Source: a virus
Taxonomy: Duplodnaviria; Caudoviricetes
Length of the DNA: 34,784 bases
Direction: 5' to 3' (one strand)
IMG/VR virus record: IMGVR_UViG_3300012667_000745
Span: 1 to 34,784 of that record
The notes beneath the pieces were generated by a model. That model had not been told where the DNA came from. It searched no databases and was given only the letters and a program-made list of their open reading frames with translations. Shown here piece after piece: positions 26,687 to 34,474 of the stretch. Both the position numbers and the translations under genes were made by a program. Positions within the stretch are counted from its first letter, which is position 1; every line of letters begins with the position of its first letter.

Positions 26687-26960
26687 TGGTAGCCGCTTAC
26701 GGCGGCAAGTCGTGTGGGCCGTTATTATTTCTTGCGCTTGTGCTCCCTGAACGGCTGGGAATTGACCTCGCAGGTATTGACCACATCTCAACCACCGTAG
26801 AGGTCGCTCACGCCTCGGTAGATGGAACTCGACGATGCATCGGCGGAACTCATAAACTTTGATCGTGCCCACGTCTGACGGTGGCTGAGATGTAGTGACC
26901 GATTACGTCGGTCAGGCGTATCGCATTAACGCTGCGATAGGTGTCGTAGTTTTAGAATGG
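26687..26960 (-). ncRNA. Candidate structured non-coding RNA of unknown class
   Basis: 18-bp helix with G-U pairs only on the - strand, several hairpins with GNRA-type loops, possible pseudoknots, ACCA 3' end. Confidence 0.6.
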
Positions 26961-26977
26961 CGGAGTTTTCCTAGGTC

Positions 26978-28117
26978 TTACTTACTGGTAAGGCTGTATC
27001 TGGTTGGTCCGATCTCAACGATGCCTAGATCAATAGCTTCAGATTCGAACTGGTCAACAATAAAAGATTTTTTTCCTTTATCCGTTTTGTTGTGTAGGGC
27101 AGTTGAAACCTGATTGAGTGTTAGGTCAGCGGCTTCGATGATGTCCTCCATCTCAAGACCATACTGGATTCCGAGTTTGGCTAAGTAGTTTTTCTCAAGG
27201 GTCTTCTTAAGGCCGCCCATAGAGCGCAGCTTGTGGTGCTCGAACTCGTGCCCGTTTAATGCCAATCCGGTAGCCTTGTGCTTAATCGACTTTGCCCAGT
27301 TTTCTACAATCTTTGCCACGATGAACAGGCGCTCCAGAACTTCAGGATCTTCAACTTCTGACGGGCTTATAGGTCCCGTAGGCAGTAGGTCTGGCCGGAT
27401 CTTTTTGGCGATCGTGACACAGACTGCACCTAATGCGGGGCAGTTCTCCTCGTGCCTACAGAAGCGGCAGTTCACTGAAGGAGTAACATCGTCGATGTCG
27501 ATATCGCCTGTAGCCCACTTCGGTCTTACTGTTTCGGCCTTGCCGATTACGTCGGAGATCTCCTTGCGTAGGGTGGGCATTTCGTCACGCACGAATACGC
27601 CGCTGAGGATGCCCCCGTTGAGTGGCACGATGAAGGCGAACTTGATCGTGTGCAGGTGCGGGAACATTTGGAACGCCGCCAATGCGTAGGCTTTGGATTG
27701 CCAGTTATTCTTTGGGTCGTCAATCTTGCTGATGCCTGTCTTGTAGTCGATCATCACGGCTACGCCATCCGGAGAATGCACCAATAAGTCGCATGTGCCG
27801 AAGGTTGGGGTAGCCGCATCAAGCTCAAGCACTAGACGGATCTCCCGTTGGGTTGTTTTCGGTAGGTCACCGAACACGCCGTTTAGGATCTCGTCTTCAT
27901 CCTTAATGATGCCATCATAGATTTGCAGCTCTTCTTCATCGTGCAAAGCGGATGGGTCGCGTATCTCAAGGGCTTCATGTATCCTTGTTCCTTTTTCGGC
28001 AGCCGCAGAGGTCCCATCCTTGCCGTGGTATCCGGCACAGGTTGCGACATACTTGAGTGAGGAAGGGCCGAACTCAGCGTGTGCTCGTTCGGAGTGGTTT
28101 ACGGTTTCTGTATTCAT
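26978..28117 (-). CDS. Cas4-like PD-(D/E)XK exonuclease (DUF2800-like)
   Basis: HAEFGPSS..C, GTRIHE, FGTCD, IDYKTG, Q..AYA and CRFC....CP motifs. Likely start MNTET at 28117. Confidence 0.85.
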   Translation of the reverse strand: MNTETVNHSERAHAEFGPSSLKYVATCAGYHGKDGTSAAAEKGTRIHEALEIRDPSALHDEEELQIYDGIIKDEDEILNGVFGDLPKTTQREIRLVLELDAATPTFGTCDLLVHSPDGVAVMIDYKTGISKIDDPKNNWQSKAYALAAFQMFPHLHTIKFAFIVPLNGGILSGVFVRDEMPTLRKEISDVIGKAETVRPKWATGDIDIDDVTPSVNCRFCRHEENCPALGAVCVTIAKKIRPDLLPTGPISPSEVEDPEVLERLFIVAKIVENWAKSIKHKATGLALNGHEFEHHKLRSMGGLKKTLEKNYLAKLGIQYGLEMEDIIEAADLTLNQVSTALHNKTDKGKKSFIVDQFESEAIDLGIVEIGPTRYSLTSK

Positions 28118-28133
28118 TTGTGTAGGGTAAAAG

Positions 28134-28421
28134 TTACGGGTTATCGGAGTCGTTGCGTTGTCGGGCGTAATAGTGGCTGCGTTCATTCGGTGTGAGTTTA
28201 TCCACGCCGTGCTCTTTCACTTTGGCCTCAATCTCCTCCCCAATGCGGTCGAACTCCTGATGCTTCAACCACCATTTATTCACTTCCTCCAAATTAGGTA
28301 GGTAATTAGGGCTGTGTTTATTTACTGAGGTGCATAAGGTGCATAAAAGTTCGGTGAGATAATGTATCTTTTTTGCGAGTCTGATTGGTCTATCGTGGGT
28401 GTCTGGATCGTAGCAGGGCAT
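28134..28421 (-). CDS. Hypothetical protein
   Basis: 95 aa, MPCYD...LLC..C...WW..H phage-type pattern. Confidence 0.65.
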   Translation of the reverse strand: MPCYDPDTHDRPIRLAKKIHYLTELLCTLCTSVNKHSPNYLPNLEEVNKWWLKHQEFDRIGEEIEAKVKEHGVDKLTPNERSHYYARQRNDSDNP

Positions 28422-28439
28422 ATTTGTGTATGGTAAAAG

Positions 28440-28586
28440 TTAATGTCTAAGGCCGCAGTTCGGGCAGATCCCTACGCCATAGCGCGTGTAGTTCAAGCGG
28501 TTACGGCATTGGTAGCAGCAGCCGATAAACTTAAACACGAGTTTTACATAATAACGGATGCGTAGTTTAAGTCTTAGAAGTTTCAT
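28440..28586 (-). CDS. 48-aa zinc-ribbon peptide (not in ORF track)
   Basis: MKLLRLKLRIRYYVKLVFKFIGCCYQCRNRLNYTRYGVGICPNCGLRH, ATGA-coupled to the helicase. Confidence 0.6.
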   Translation of the reverse strand: MKLLRLKLRIRYYVKLVFKFIGCCYQCRNRLNYTRYGVGICPNCGLRH

Positions 28587-29875
28587 GCGGTGTGTAATGT
28601 CTCCCTAAAGAGCCTTTTATGTTCGAGCTTTACAAGTATTTTTTCTTCAATTGTTCCGGACGCCACCAATACCCGTTGCACGCAAGGGGACTTTGCCCCT
28701 GCTCTGTGGATACGGCCTAAGGTTTGAACGTAGGCTTTCTCGTCGAACGTGGGCGAGATCAAACTCATCCGAGGATGGCCGCCTACCGTATCGTGCAAGG
28801 ATACCCCCGTTCCGCCTGCTGCGATATTGCAGACGATCACTCGTGACTCGTTGCGTTGGAACGATTGGATATTCTCTTCGCGCTCCGTATCCTTCTGGCC
28901 GCCGACTACAACAGCGCATTTCGCGCCAAAGGATTCCTGCAAGGCTTTGACGGTATCGACAAAGTTTACAAACACAGCAACGCTGAATCCTTCCGCACGG
29001 GCTTCCCACACCATGTCGATGATGTCTGGGACCTTAGCCGCTTCGGCCAACTGTCTCGCCCGAAGCATTTCCACTAAGACGTGCGGGGATGCCCCACCGT
29101 TTTCAAGGAACTGCTCCACGATTTCCGGCGTGATTCCGTGTTCGGCGTAGAACTTGGCAATGTCCTTGAGGGAGGCAAACGCAAGGGGTTCCGTGATGAT
29201 TTGGTTTCCTGCGAATTCACTTGCAAGATCCCCGCAAGTCAAACGCGTGGCGGTTACACCATACATCTTAGCGTTGATCTCCTTGAGCTTAGCGACTGAG
29301 CCAGCATGCCAAGCGTTCCAATGGTCCTTGCGGCAGCCGTGTTCCAGCATCCAAGTGAACCAGCTCTTGAGCTGGCCCTCAGCGCGGTTCAAGGAATGCA
29401 GCCCTAAGGCAAATCCAATACTCCGCATTTCTGTAGGGTCTTGGCAGGCTGTAGCGGACAGCATCAAGTTGTAGTAGCCTGCTTGCTTTGCCGCGATGAG
29501 CATCTGACTGTTCTGGCTGAACGGGGACATGCAGCGGTGAACTTCATCCCAGATGATTAGTGTATTTTCCGGTAGCATCCACCGGAATAGTTTCTTGCCT
29601 ACCTTAGCCAGATGTGGCCCGCCGCGTTTGAGCTTCTCGTAGTTGGTTACAAATACGGGCTCGATGCCTAGCTCCGCGAGCTCGCGCTTCCATTGCGGGA
29701 TAACGATCTTCGGGCATACGATGGCAACGGGCATGCCTAATTCAAGAGCAGCCCTACATGAGATAACCGTCTTGCCTACTCCGGTTCCCGAACTATCCAA
29801 CGCGCCCTTGTGCTGCAAGAGCGCGTCCTTCAGGAAGTCAACGGACGTTCGTTGTTTAGCGTAAAGAGTTTTCAT
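28583..29875 (-). CDS. Superfamily 2 (SNF2-like) helicase
   Basis: GTGVGKT, DEVH, SAT, AGGTGVSL and QTLGRIHRAG motifs. Confidence 0.9.
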   Translation of the reverse strand: MKTLYAKQRTSVDFLKDALLQHKGALDSSGTGVGKTVISCRAALELGMPVAIVCPKIVIPQWKRELAELGIEPVFVTNYEKLKRGGPHLAKVGKKLFRWMLPENTLIIWDEVHRCMSPFSQNSQMLIAAKQAGYYNLMLSATACQDPTEMRSIGFALGLHSLNRAEGQLKSWFTWMLEHGCRKDHWNAWHAGSVAKLKEINAKMYGVTATRLTCGDLASEFAGNQIITEPLAFASLKDIAKFYAEHGITPEIVEQFLENGGASPHVLVEMLRARQLAEAAKVPDIIDMVWEARAEGFSVAVFVNFVDTVKALQESFGAKCAVVVGGQKDTEREENIQSFQRNESRVIVCNIAAGGTGVSLHDTVGGHPRMSLISPTFDEKAYVQTLGRIHRAGAKSPCVQRVLVASGTIEEKILVKLEHKRLFRETLHTA

Positions 29876-29904
29876 GGCTTGCCTTTTGGTTGTTAGTCAT
29901 TTGC

Positions 29905-30483
29905 TTATACAGATTGGGGTAGGTTATCGAATACACAACTTATCACTTCCCGCACTATAGCTTTTCGTGAGCGTGACCGCTCTGTCTCCATACTATCATT
30001 GTATGCTGCCATCATGCCAAGGGGCACATCCACAACACCGGTAACTGTTTCGGGATCATAGCCGTGAGTGTGGTGTAGGACGGCCAGTGTTGCGCCGCCC
30101 ATACCCATTTTCTTAATTAACCGTGGGACATTTACTTTTGCGGTTTCGTAAACCTCGTGCGCTTTCTGCTCTTCGCTTTCGAGCACATCCCCAATTCCGA
30201 TACCCACATTAAATGGTCGCTTCTGGCATTCTGCGGGCAAGTCATCCCACCGGACGTTCTCCCTAGTTCTCCCGCACCAGAAGCATTTACAAGATCGTAA
30301 GGACGAGGGGAAGTTATGAGTGTTTGGGTCTGATCGGAAGTGGGGAGCATGATAGGCGTGATAGGCTTTCATCACGCTATCCTTTTCTTCAGGCGACGCG
30401 TCGAAGAACTGTCGCGCAATTCGGACAATACTAATATCTGGATAGAGTGCAGTCTTCTGTCCGATGTCGGGGGTGGTTTTCAT
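29905..30483 (-). CDS. Protein with a Cys cluster and an alanyl-tRNA synthetase-like helical fragment
   Basis: IGDVLESEE...G..LAVLHHTHGY...YNDSMETERSRSR resembles AlaRS I..VL..EE...G..AF.L.DTYGF...F...M..QR.RSR. Confidence 0.55.
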   Translation of the reverse strand: MKTTPDIGQKTALYPDISIVRIARQFFDASPEEKDSVMKAYHAYHAPHFRSDPNTHNFPSSLRSCKCFWCGRTRENVRWDDLPAECQKRPFNVGIGIGDVLESEEQKAHEVYETAKVNVPRLIKKMGMGGATLAVLHHTHGYDPETVTGVVDVPLGMMAAYNDSMETERSRSRKAIVREVISCVFDNLPQSV

Positions 30484-31181
30484 TGCTCGCCTTTAGGTTG
30501 CGCGTCGTTATGGATTGTCTTCTTGAAACCTACGTTTCCGGCAATGTGATATACGACTACCCCTTCTGGATTCATGTAGTTCGGAGCGGCTTTGCTTCCA
30601 GTTGCCCCAAGCACAGTGAGGGTAGAGTTTACAAATGCAGTGTCAAATGGCCCACGATAAAGGATAGGCACTACTTTACAGCATGCAGGCGCACGTTCTT
30701 GCGGTTTATGGGTCATCTCTTTGGTTTTGTAGTCCCATTCCGTGGATGCAACGCCAATTGGATCGTCTCCAGCAACCCAACGTCCTGCGTTAAACAACGA
30801 GAAGAAGCGTTCGCCGTTCTTGAAGCCGTAGCCGCGTTGGATACCGCTACCCCACCATTCTCCGAAGTGGTGCCCTTCACCCAACTTGAAAAGTTCGCTG
30901 GCATTAGCGACTGCCCAATTGGCGAAGCCGTAGTTGTCATTGGCAGTAGTAATCCAACGGGTTCGGCTTCCGGCCCACATGCCTAAGGCGCTGCCGTCTT
31001 TATTGAAAAGTGTAGCAATCGACTTAAAGTCGGTGTGGTCTGTGGGTCCGATGTAAATGCTGGCATTCGTGCCATCAATTTTCTCACTAATTATCACTTC
31101 CCGAGAGAGCCTTGCCATTTTGGGGAATGGCTTAAATTTATTCTGATTTTGTTGTGTTTCCATTTCCTGTTTTCCTATCAC
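30480..31181 (-). CDS. ATP-dependent RNA ligase (Rnl2-like adenylyltransferase domain)
   Basis: Motif I EKIDGTN, GSRTRWI, FGEWWG, FSLF, PEGVVV and FKK. Start GTG 31181 or ATG 31163. Confidence 0.85.
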   Translation of the reverse strand: MIGKQEMETQQNQNKFKPFPKMARLSREVIISEKIDGTNASIYIGPTDHTDFKSIATLFNKDGSALGMWAGSRTRWITTANDNYGFANWAVANASELFKLGEGHHFGEWWGSGIQRGYGFKNGERFFSLFNAGRWVAGDDPIGVASTEWDYKTKEMTHKPQERAPACCKVVPILYRGPFDTAFVNSTLTVLGATGSKAAPNYMNPEGVVVYHIAGNVGFKKTIHNDAQPKGEQ

Positions 31182-31575
31182 GGGTTCGTATTCTGTGGCA
31201 ATTGGCGCAAACTAATTCGCATTTGTCCAACTCGGTTTGTATAAGCTCTCGGCTGTAATGGTGGGCGAACATGCTGCCGATGTTGTAGGCTTTCTTGCCC
31301 CCCTTGCAGTGATCGAAGTCCATGCAGCACACCGGAAAGCATTCTCCGCAGTCTGTGCATGGCTTTGATTTTAATTCGACCATCCACGCCTTGAGTGCTA
31401 CCGCCTTGGCTCCTTCGTCCCTCCATCGACCTCCTGTCGCATATCTGCGAGCGCGATAAACCCTCACCGATTCGTTGTGCTTTTCCCGGTTCTTGGCTAC
31501 CCAGTTCCGTTGTCGAATTATGGCGGCTTCCTTTTGCTCCTTGGTCAGGACCCTTTTCTTTTTTGTTACACCCAT
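31138..31575 (-). CDS. HNH endonuclease
   Basis: CTDCG...MDFDH...KCELVCANCHRIRT with a basic N-terminal arm. Confidence 0.9.
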   Translation of the reverse strand: MGVTKKKRVLTKEQKEAAIIRQRNWVAKNREKHNESVRVYRARRYATGGRWRDEGAKAVALKAWMVELKSKPCTDCGECFPVCCMDFDHCKGGKKAYNIGSMFAHHYSRELIQTELDKCELVCANCHRIRTRDRKTGNGNTTKSE

Positions 31576-31581
31576 AGCGGA

Positions 31582-31609
31582 AGTATGGACTAAACGTCAA
31601 GGATGTCAA
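31582..31609 (-). promoter_or_regulatory. Promoter for the HNH cassette, probably leaderless
   Basis: TTGACA-16nt-CATACT, then 6 nt to ATG 31575. Confidence 0.55.
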
Positions 31610-31615
31610 TGCTTG

Positions 31616-31681
31616 CTTTTCTGTAATCATGCACTCGCGTGATAGGCGAGCCATCTTTGGGAATGGTTTGAATTCGGTCAT
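31616..31681 (-). pseudogene. Orphaned original 5' end of the RNA ligase gene (22 codons)
   Basis: MTEFKPFPKMARLSRECMITEK matches FKPFPKMARLSREVIISEK in the ligase. The frame stays open to 31178. Confidence 0.8.
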
Positions 31682-31887
31682 TTGTTTAGGTAGTGTGAGT
31701 TAATTGCGTCAAAGCCAGATTTTCGTAATCTGTTTCTAATCAGGCCGATTTTCTTGTCGAGCAAAGACAGTGTGGTTTCCGTGTTGTGTTTGCCGGATAC
31801 CCGACTCAAGCACCAGTCCGATAACGCTTGCAGCTCCTTCTGCAAGCGGCATCGGTATGCGTTGTCTATGATTTGTTTGTCAGTCAT
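31678..31887 (-). CDS. Hypothetical protein
   Basis: MTDKQIID..., overlapping both neighbours. Confidence 0.55.
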   Translation of the reverse strand: MTDKQIIDNAYRCRLQKELQALSDWCLSRVSGKHNTETTLSLLDKKIGLIRNRLRKSGFDAINSHYLNK

Positions 31888-32182
31888 TTTTCCATTTGTT
31901 GATGGTTTTGAGAAATGCTTCTGCGCGTTTGGCAGCGGTAGCCTGCATAACTTCAACTAAATCGCCAGTCAGCAGTTCTGCTACGGTAATCTGCTGGTCG
32001 AATGGTAGTCTCTCTATTGCAGTATGCATCGCGTTGAGGTCTGTAAGGTAGCTCGGAATAATTTTTGATTCGCCCGTTGGGTCAACTCCCCGCAGACCAC
32101 CGTAACTAAATCGGTTGATTCGCTCAATGCATGTCCACCCGCAGGCCTCGGCAATCGTAATCCGTTGTTGTTCCGTGTTCAT
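31880..32182 (-). CDS. Phage ABA-sandwich-like protein, paralog 2
   Basis: QRITIAEACGW...PSYLTDLNAMH...ATAAKRAEAFLKT. Confidence 0.7.
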   Translation of the reverse strand: MNTEQQRITIAEACGWTCIERINRFSYGGLRGVDPTGESKIIPSYLTDLNAMHTAIERLPFDQQITVAELLTGDLVEVMQATAAKRAEAFLKTINKWKND

Positions 32183-32532
32183 GGTTCCCATAAGTCAAGT
32201 GTTCTGAGAAACGCTTCGCAGCGTTGGGCAGCGGTGGCGTGTATAGAGATACGTTCGTTATCGTAGGCACTCCACCCGATGACTTCAGCAATTAGAACGC
32301 TTTGGTATTTTTTACGCAGGGGATCTGTCAGCGTCTTCTCAAACTCATGGCATGCGTTGAGGTCGTTGAGGTAGTCAGGGCAACTCGTAAAACCGCCCCA
32401 GTTCTGATACACCATTCCGTCCGGCGCGAGCCAGTCACTCACGTTTTTTCGCTTTACCCACCCGCAGGCTTCAGCAATAGCGATTCGTTGGGCTTCAGGA
32501 CTCATGGTGTCGTGTGTTTTGATTTCGTTCAT
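32179..32532 (-). CDS. Phage ABA-sandwich-like protein, paralog 1
   Basis: QRIAIAEACGW...PDYLNDLNACH...ATAAQRCEAFLRT. Confidence 0.7.
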   Translation of the reverse strand: MNEIKTHDTMSPEAQRIAIAEACGWVKRKNVSDWLAPDGMVYQNWGGFTSCPDYLNDLNACHEFEKTLTDPLRKKYQSVLIAEVIGWSAYDNERISIHATAAQRCEAFLRTLDLWEP

Positions 32533-32571
32533 GGTTTTATAAATCTGACTTTGGTTTGTTTATTTGGCTGT

Positions 32572-32865
32572 TCATCCAATATAAATCCATGCCAGTTCGC
32601 GGCGTTCGTGGGTAGCTTGGCAGCGTTTGCATTCCGCGTTGCCGTTCCGTAGCAAGTGGAAGCTCACGCTCCCGCATGCGCATTTCAGGCATTCGTCGCG
32701 GCCATCTTCCGGCTTCATCGCGTAGTCTGGGCAGTTTCTTTTCTTCCACCCGTATTCCGAATCAAGTTCGTTTTTGGGCATATACCAACGGGGATTGCGA
32801 CCAGCAAGGCAGGTTACTTTTTTGTCGTGATAGACGAGGTTGGTGCATTTATCGCAGGGACTCAT
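32572..32865 (-). CDS. Cys-rich zinc-binding protein
   Basis: CDKC, CACG and CKRC motifs. Confidence 0.6.
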   Translation of the reverse strand: MSPCDKCTNLVYHDKKVTCLAGRNPRWYMPKNELDSEYGWKKRNCPDYAMKPEDGRDECLKCACGSVSFHLLRNGNAECKRCQATHERRELAWIYIG

Positions 32866-32889
32866 AAGAGGATGAACAAGTCGTGAGAC

Positions 32890-33237
32890 CTAACCGGATA
32901 CAGCCGGATTGTTTGATTTTGAAGCGGAGTCCTGCGCGGCTGTATCCGGCAGGTCCACATGGGCGTTAGCCAGAGAAAGGTTGGTGTATCCGTAGAAGGC
33001 GATGTTGGCCGCGTTCCCCTGGATGCCGGGATGGTCTAGTGTCAGCACCTCTTTTACATCGTTCAGTTTATCGTCGCGAAGCACCTCGCGCCCTTCTCTT
33101 AGCGCGAGGAATAACGGGTAGTGCGGGCTTTCCTTGGAAGGGGGTCTTGCGTTTCTCGGATACCAGAGATCAATGTGCATTTCGTCGCCATACTGGCGAG
33201 CCTGACTTAGAATCGTATCATCTTCTTCGGTGTTCAT
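32890..33237 (-). CDS. Hypothetical protein
   Basis: 115-aa ORF with an A/C-rich leader typical of this arm. Confidence 0.55.
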   Translation of the reverse strand: MNTEEDDTILSQARQYGDEMHIDLWYPRNARPPSKESPHYPLFLALREGREVLRDDKLNDVKEVLTLDHPGIQGNAANIAFYGYTNLSLANAHVDLPDTAAQDSASKSNNPAVSG

Positions 33238-33277
33238 TTGAGTTATCGGTGTTGGTTTTTGGATTTTGGAATTACCA

Positions 33278-33949
33278 TTAGTCGTTCAGCACATACTTCA
33301 TTTGTCCAGCATCCGCGATTGACGCGCACAGCGGGAAGTGCTCTGCGAACTGAGTGAAGATGCTGTTGGCTAGATCACGATGCTCCTTCTGAGCATGTGC
33401 CGAACGACGTTGCCAGAAGTAGGTGATCCAGCTACGGACGCTGCCCTTCATGTAGGCACGAGTGGGTGTGCATAGCGGCAGCACCATACGGGCGGATTCA
33501 GGTGCGGCTCCGCAGTCCAACAACCATTCGTATTCTGCTGCGGCTCTACCTGCTTCAAAGATAGTATGTTCTGACAGCAAACTGCTTACCTCACCTGACC
33601 CCTGTCTGTTCCCACCTTCGTGTTTCAGACGGATTTCCAAATCGCTGAAATCGAATTCCTTAACTTCCGCATAGCGTTGCGAGAACTCTTGAAACTTAAA
33701 CGAAGAATGGCGCAGGATCTGAGCCATGATTGCTCTGCTGGTGTGGATCTCGAACGTCACGTCCACCATATCGAAGACAGACCAATGTCCGTTTTGTAGG
33801 CAATATCGTAGGAGTCCTTCTCCGGTTCCGTGGTTGTGCTGGTTGTTCGGTGAGCTGACTCGGGCTTGGTAAACGATGAACTGCTCGGGGGTAAGATCAA
33901 GCAGATCGGCTTGGATGGGTTTGGTGATGCTTACGATTTCTGATTTCAT
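33278..33949 (-). CDS. thyX: Flavin-dependent thymidylate synthase
   Basis: ARVS, HWSVF, SRAIMAQILRHSSFKFQEFSQRY, ESARMVLP and HAQKEH motifs. Confidence 0.95.
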   Translation of the reverse strand: MKSEIVSITKPIQADLLDLTPEQFIVYQARVSSPNNQHNHGTGEGLLRYCLQNGHWSVFDMVDVTFEIHTSRAIMAQILRHSSFKFQEFSQRYAEVKEFDFSDLEIRLKHEGGNRQGSGEVSSLLSEHTIFEAGRAAAEYEWLLDCGAAPESARMVLPLCTPTRAYMKGSVRSWITYFWQRRSAHAQKEHRDLANSIFTQFAEHFPLCASIADAGQMKYVLND

Positions 33950-34012
33950 TTTGTTGTGTTTAGTATTAGGGGTAAGGGGCCCTACATTGAGCAGGGCCCC
34001 TGTTGTGTGGGA

Positions 34013-34465
34013 TTAGAGTTTGATCACAGATGCGGTTTCGAACCACATCCGCGAGATTGGCTTATCCTGAGGCATGTAGCCTTTGGCTGCGTCTACCAGT
34101 AGAGCGCATGTGAGTAGCGCCTTTGCGATATCTTGCTGGCCTAGCTTATTGGCTTTCTCCACTAAAGATAGAACATCCAATTTTGGGTCGGGCAAGCAGA
34201 CATCGGAAGCCATCAACAGGTATACCGGCTTACCTTCTTTCTTCACTAAGCGTTCAGCTTCCTTGCGGGCGTCTTCAATGGTGGCATGCTTGACAGTGGG
34301 TGCTGACCCACCTTCTACGTGTAGCATGTAGAATTCTTGATCTTCGAATCTTTTCGCTGGCTTATCTTTAGGTCCGAAGAGGGCGTCGAGTTGTTTGTTG
34401 AGTAGGTCTGACATATTAGTTTGCTGTTGCGGGTCTTGGTTAATGGGGATTTGTTTTTGCGTCAA
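34013..34465 (-). CDS. Hypothetical protein (start uncertain, possibly MSDLL)
   Basis: PTVKHATIEDARKEAERL phage-type motif. Confidence 0.6.
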   Translation of the reverse strand: MTQKQIPINQDPQQQTNMSDLLNKQLDALFGPKDKPAKRFEDQEFYMLHVEGGSAPTVKHATIEDARKEAERLVKKEGKPVYLLMASDVCLPDPKLDVLSLVEKANKLGQQDIAKALLTCALLVDAAKGYMPQDKPISRMWFETASVIKL

Positions 34466-34474
34466 TAAATTTTT

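Larger units (their letters stand above)
31080..31615 (-). mobile_element. 536-bp HNH cassette: promoter, HNH gene and recoded ligase 5' end
   Basis: Deleting it fuses MTEFKPFPKMARLSRECMITEK in frame to IDGTNASI, giving an intact ligase. Confidence 0.8.

Noticed and set aside
26675-26872. 65-aa ORF and the + strand 26239..26862 ORF
   Set aside because: No recognisable protein features. The region is better explained by RNA base pairing on the - strand.
31080-31615. Group I intron in the RNA ligase gene
   Set aside because: About 440 of 536 nt are HNH coding and the rest is promoter plus recoded ligase start. There is no room for a ribozyme core, no P7 motifs, and the ends do not fit U|...G.
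31178-31681. 167-aa ORF as a real folded protein
   Set aside because: Only the first 22 codons are ligase-like. The rest is the alternative-frame translation of the HNH gene.
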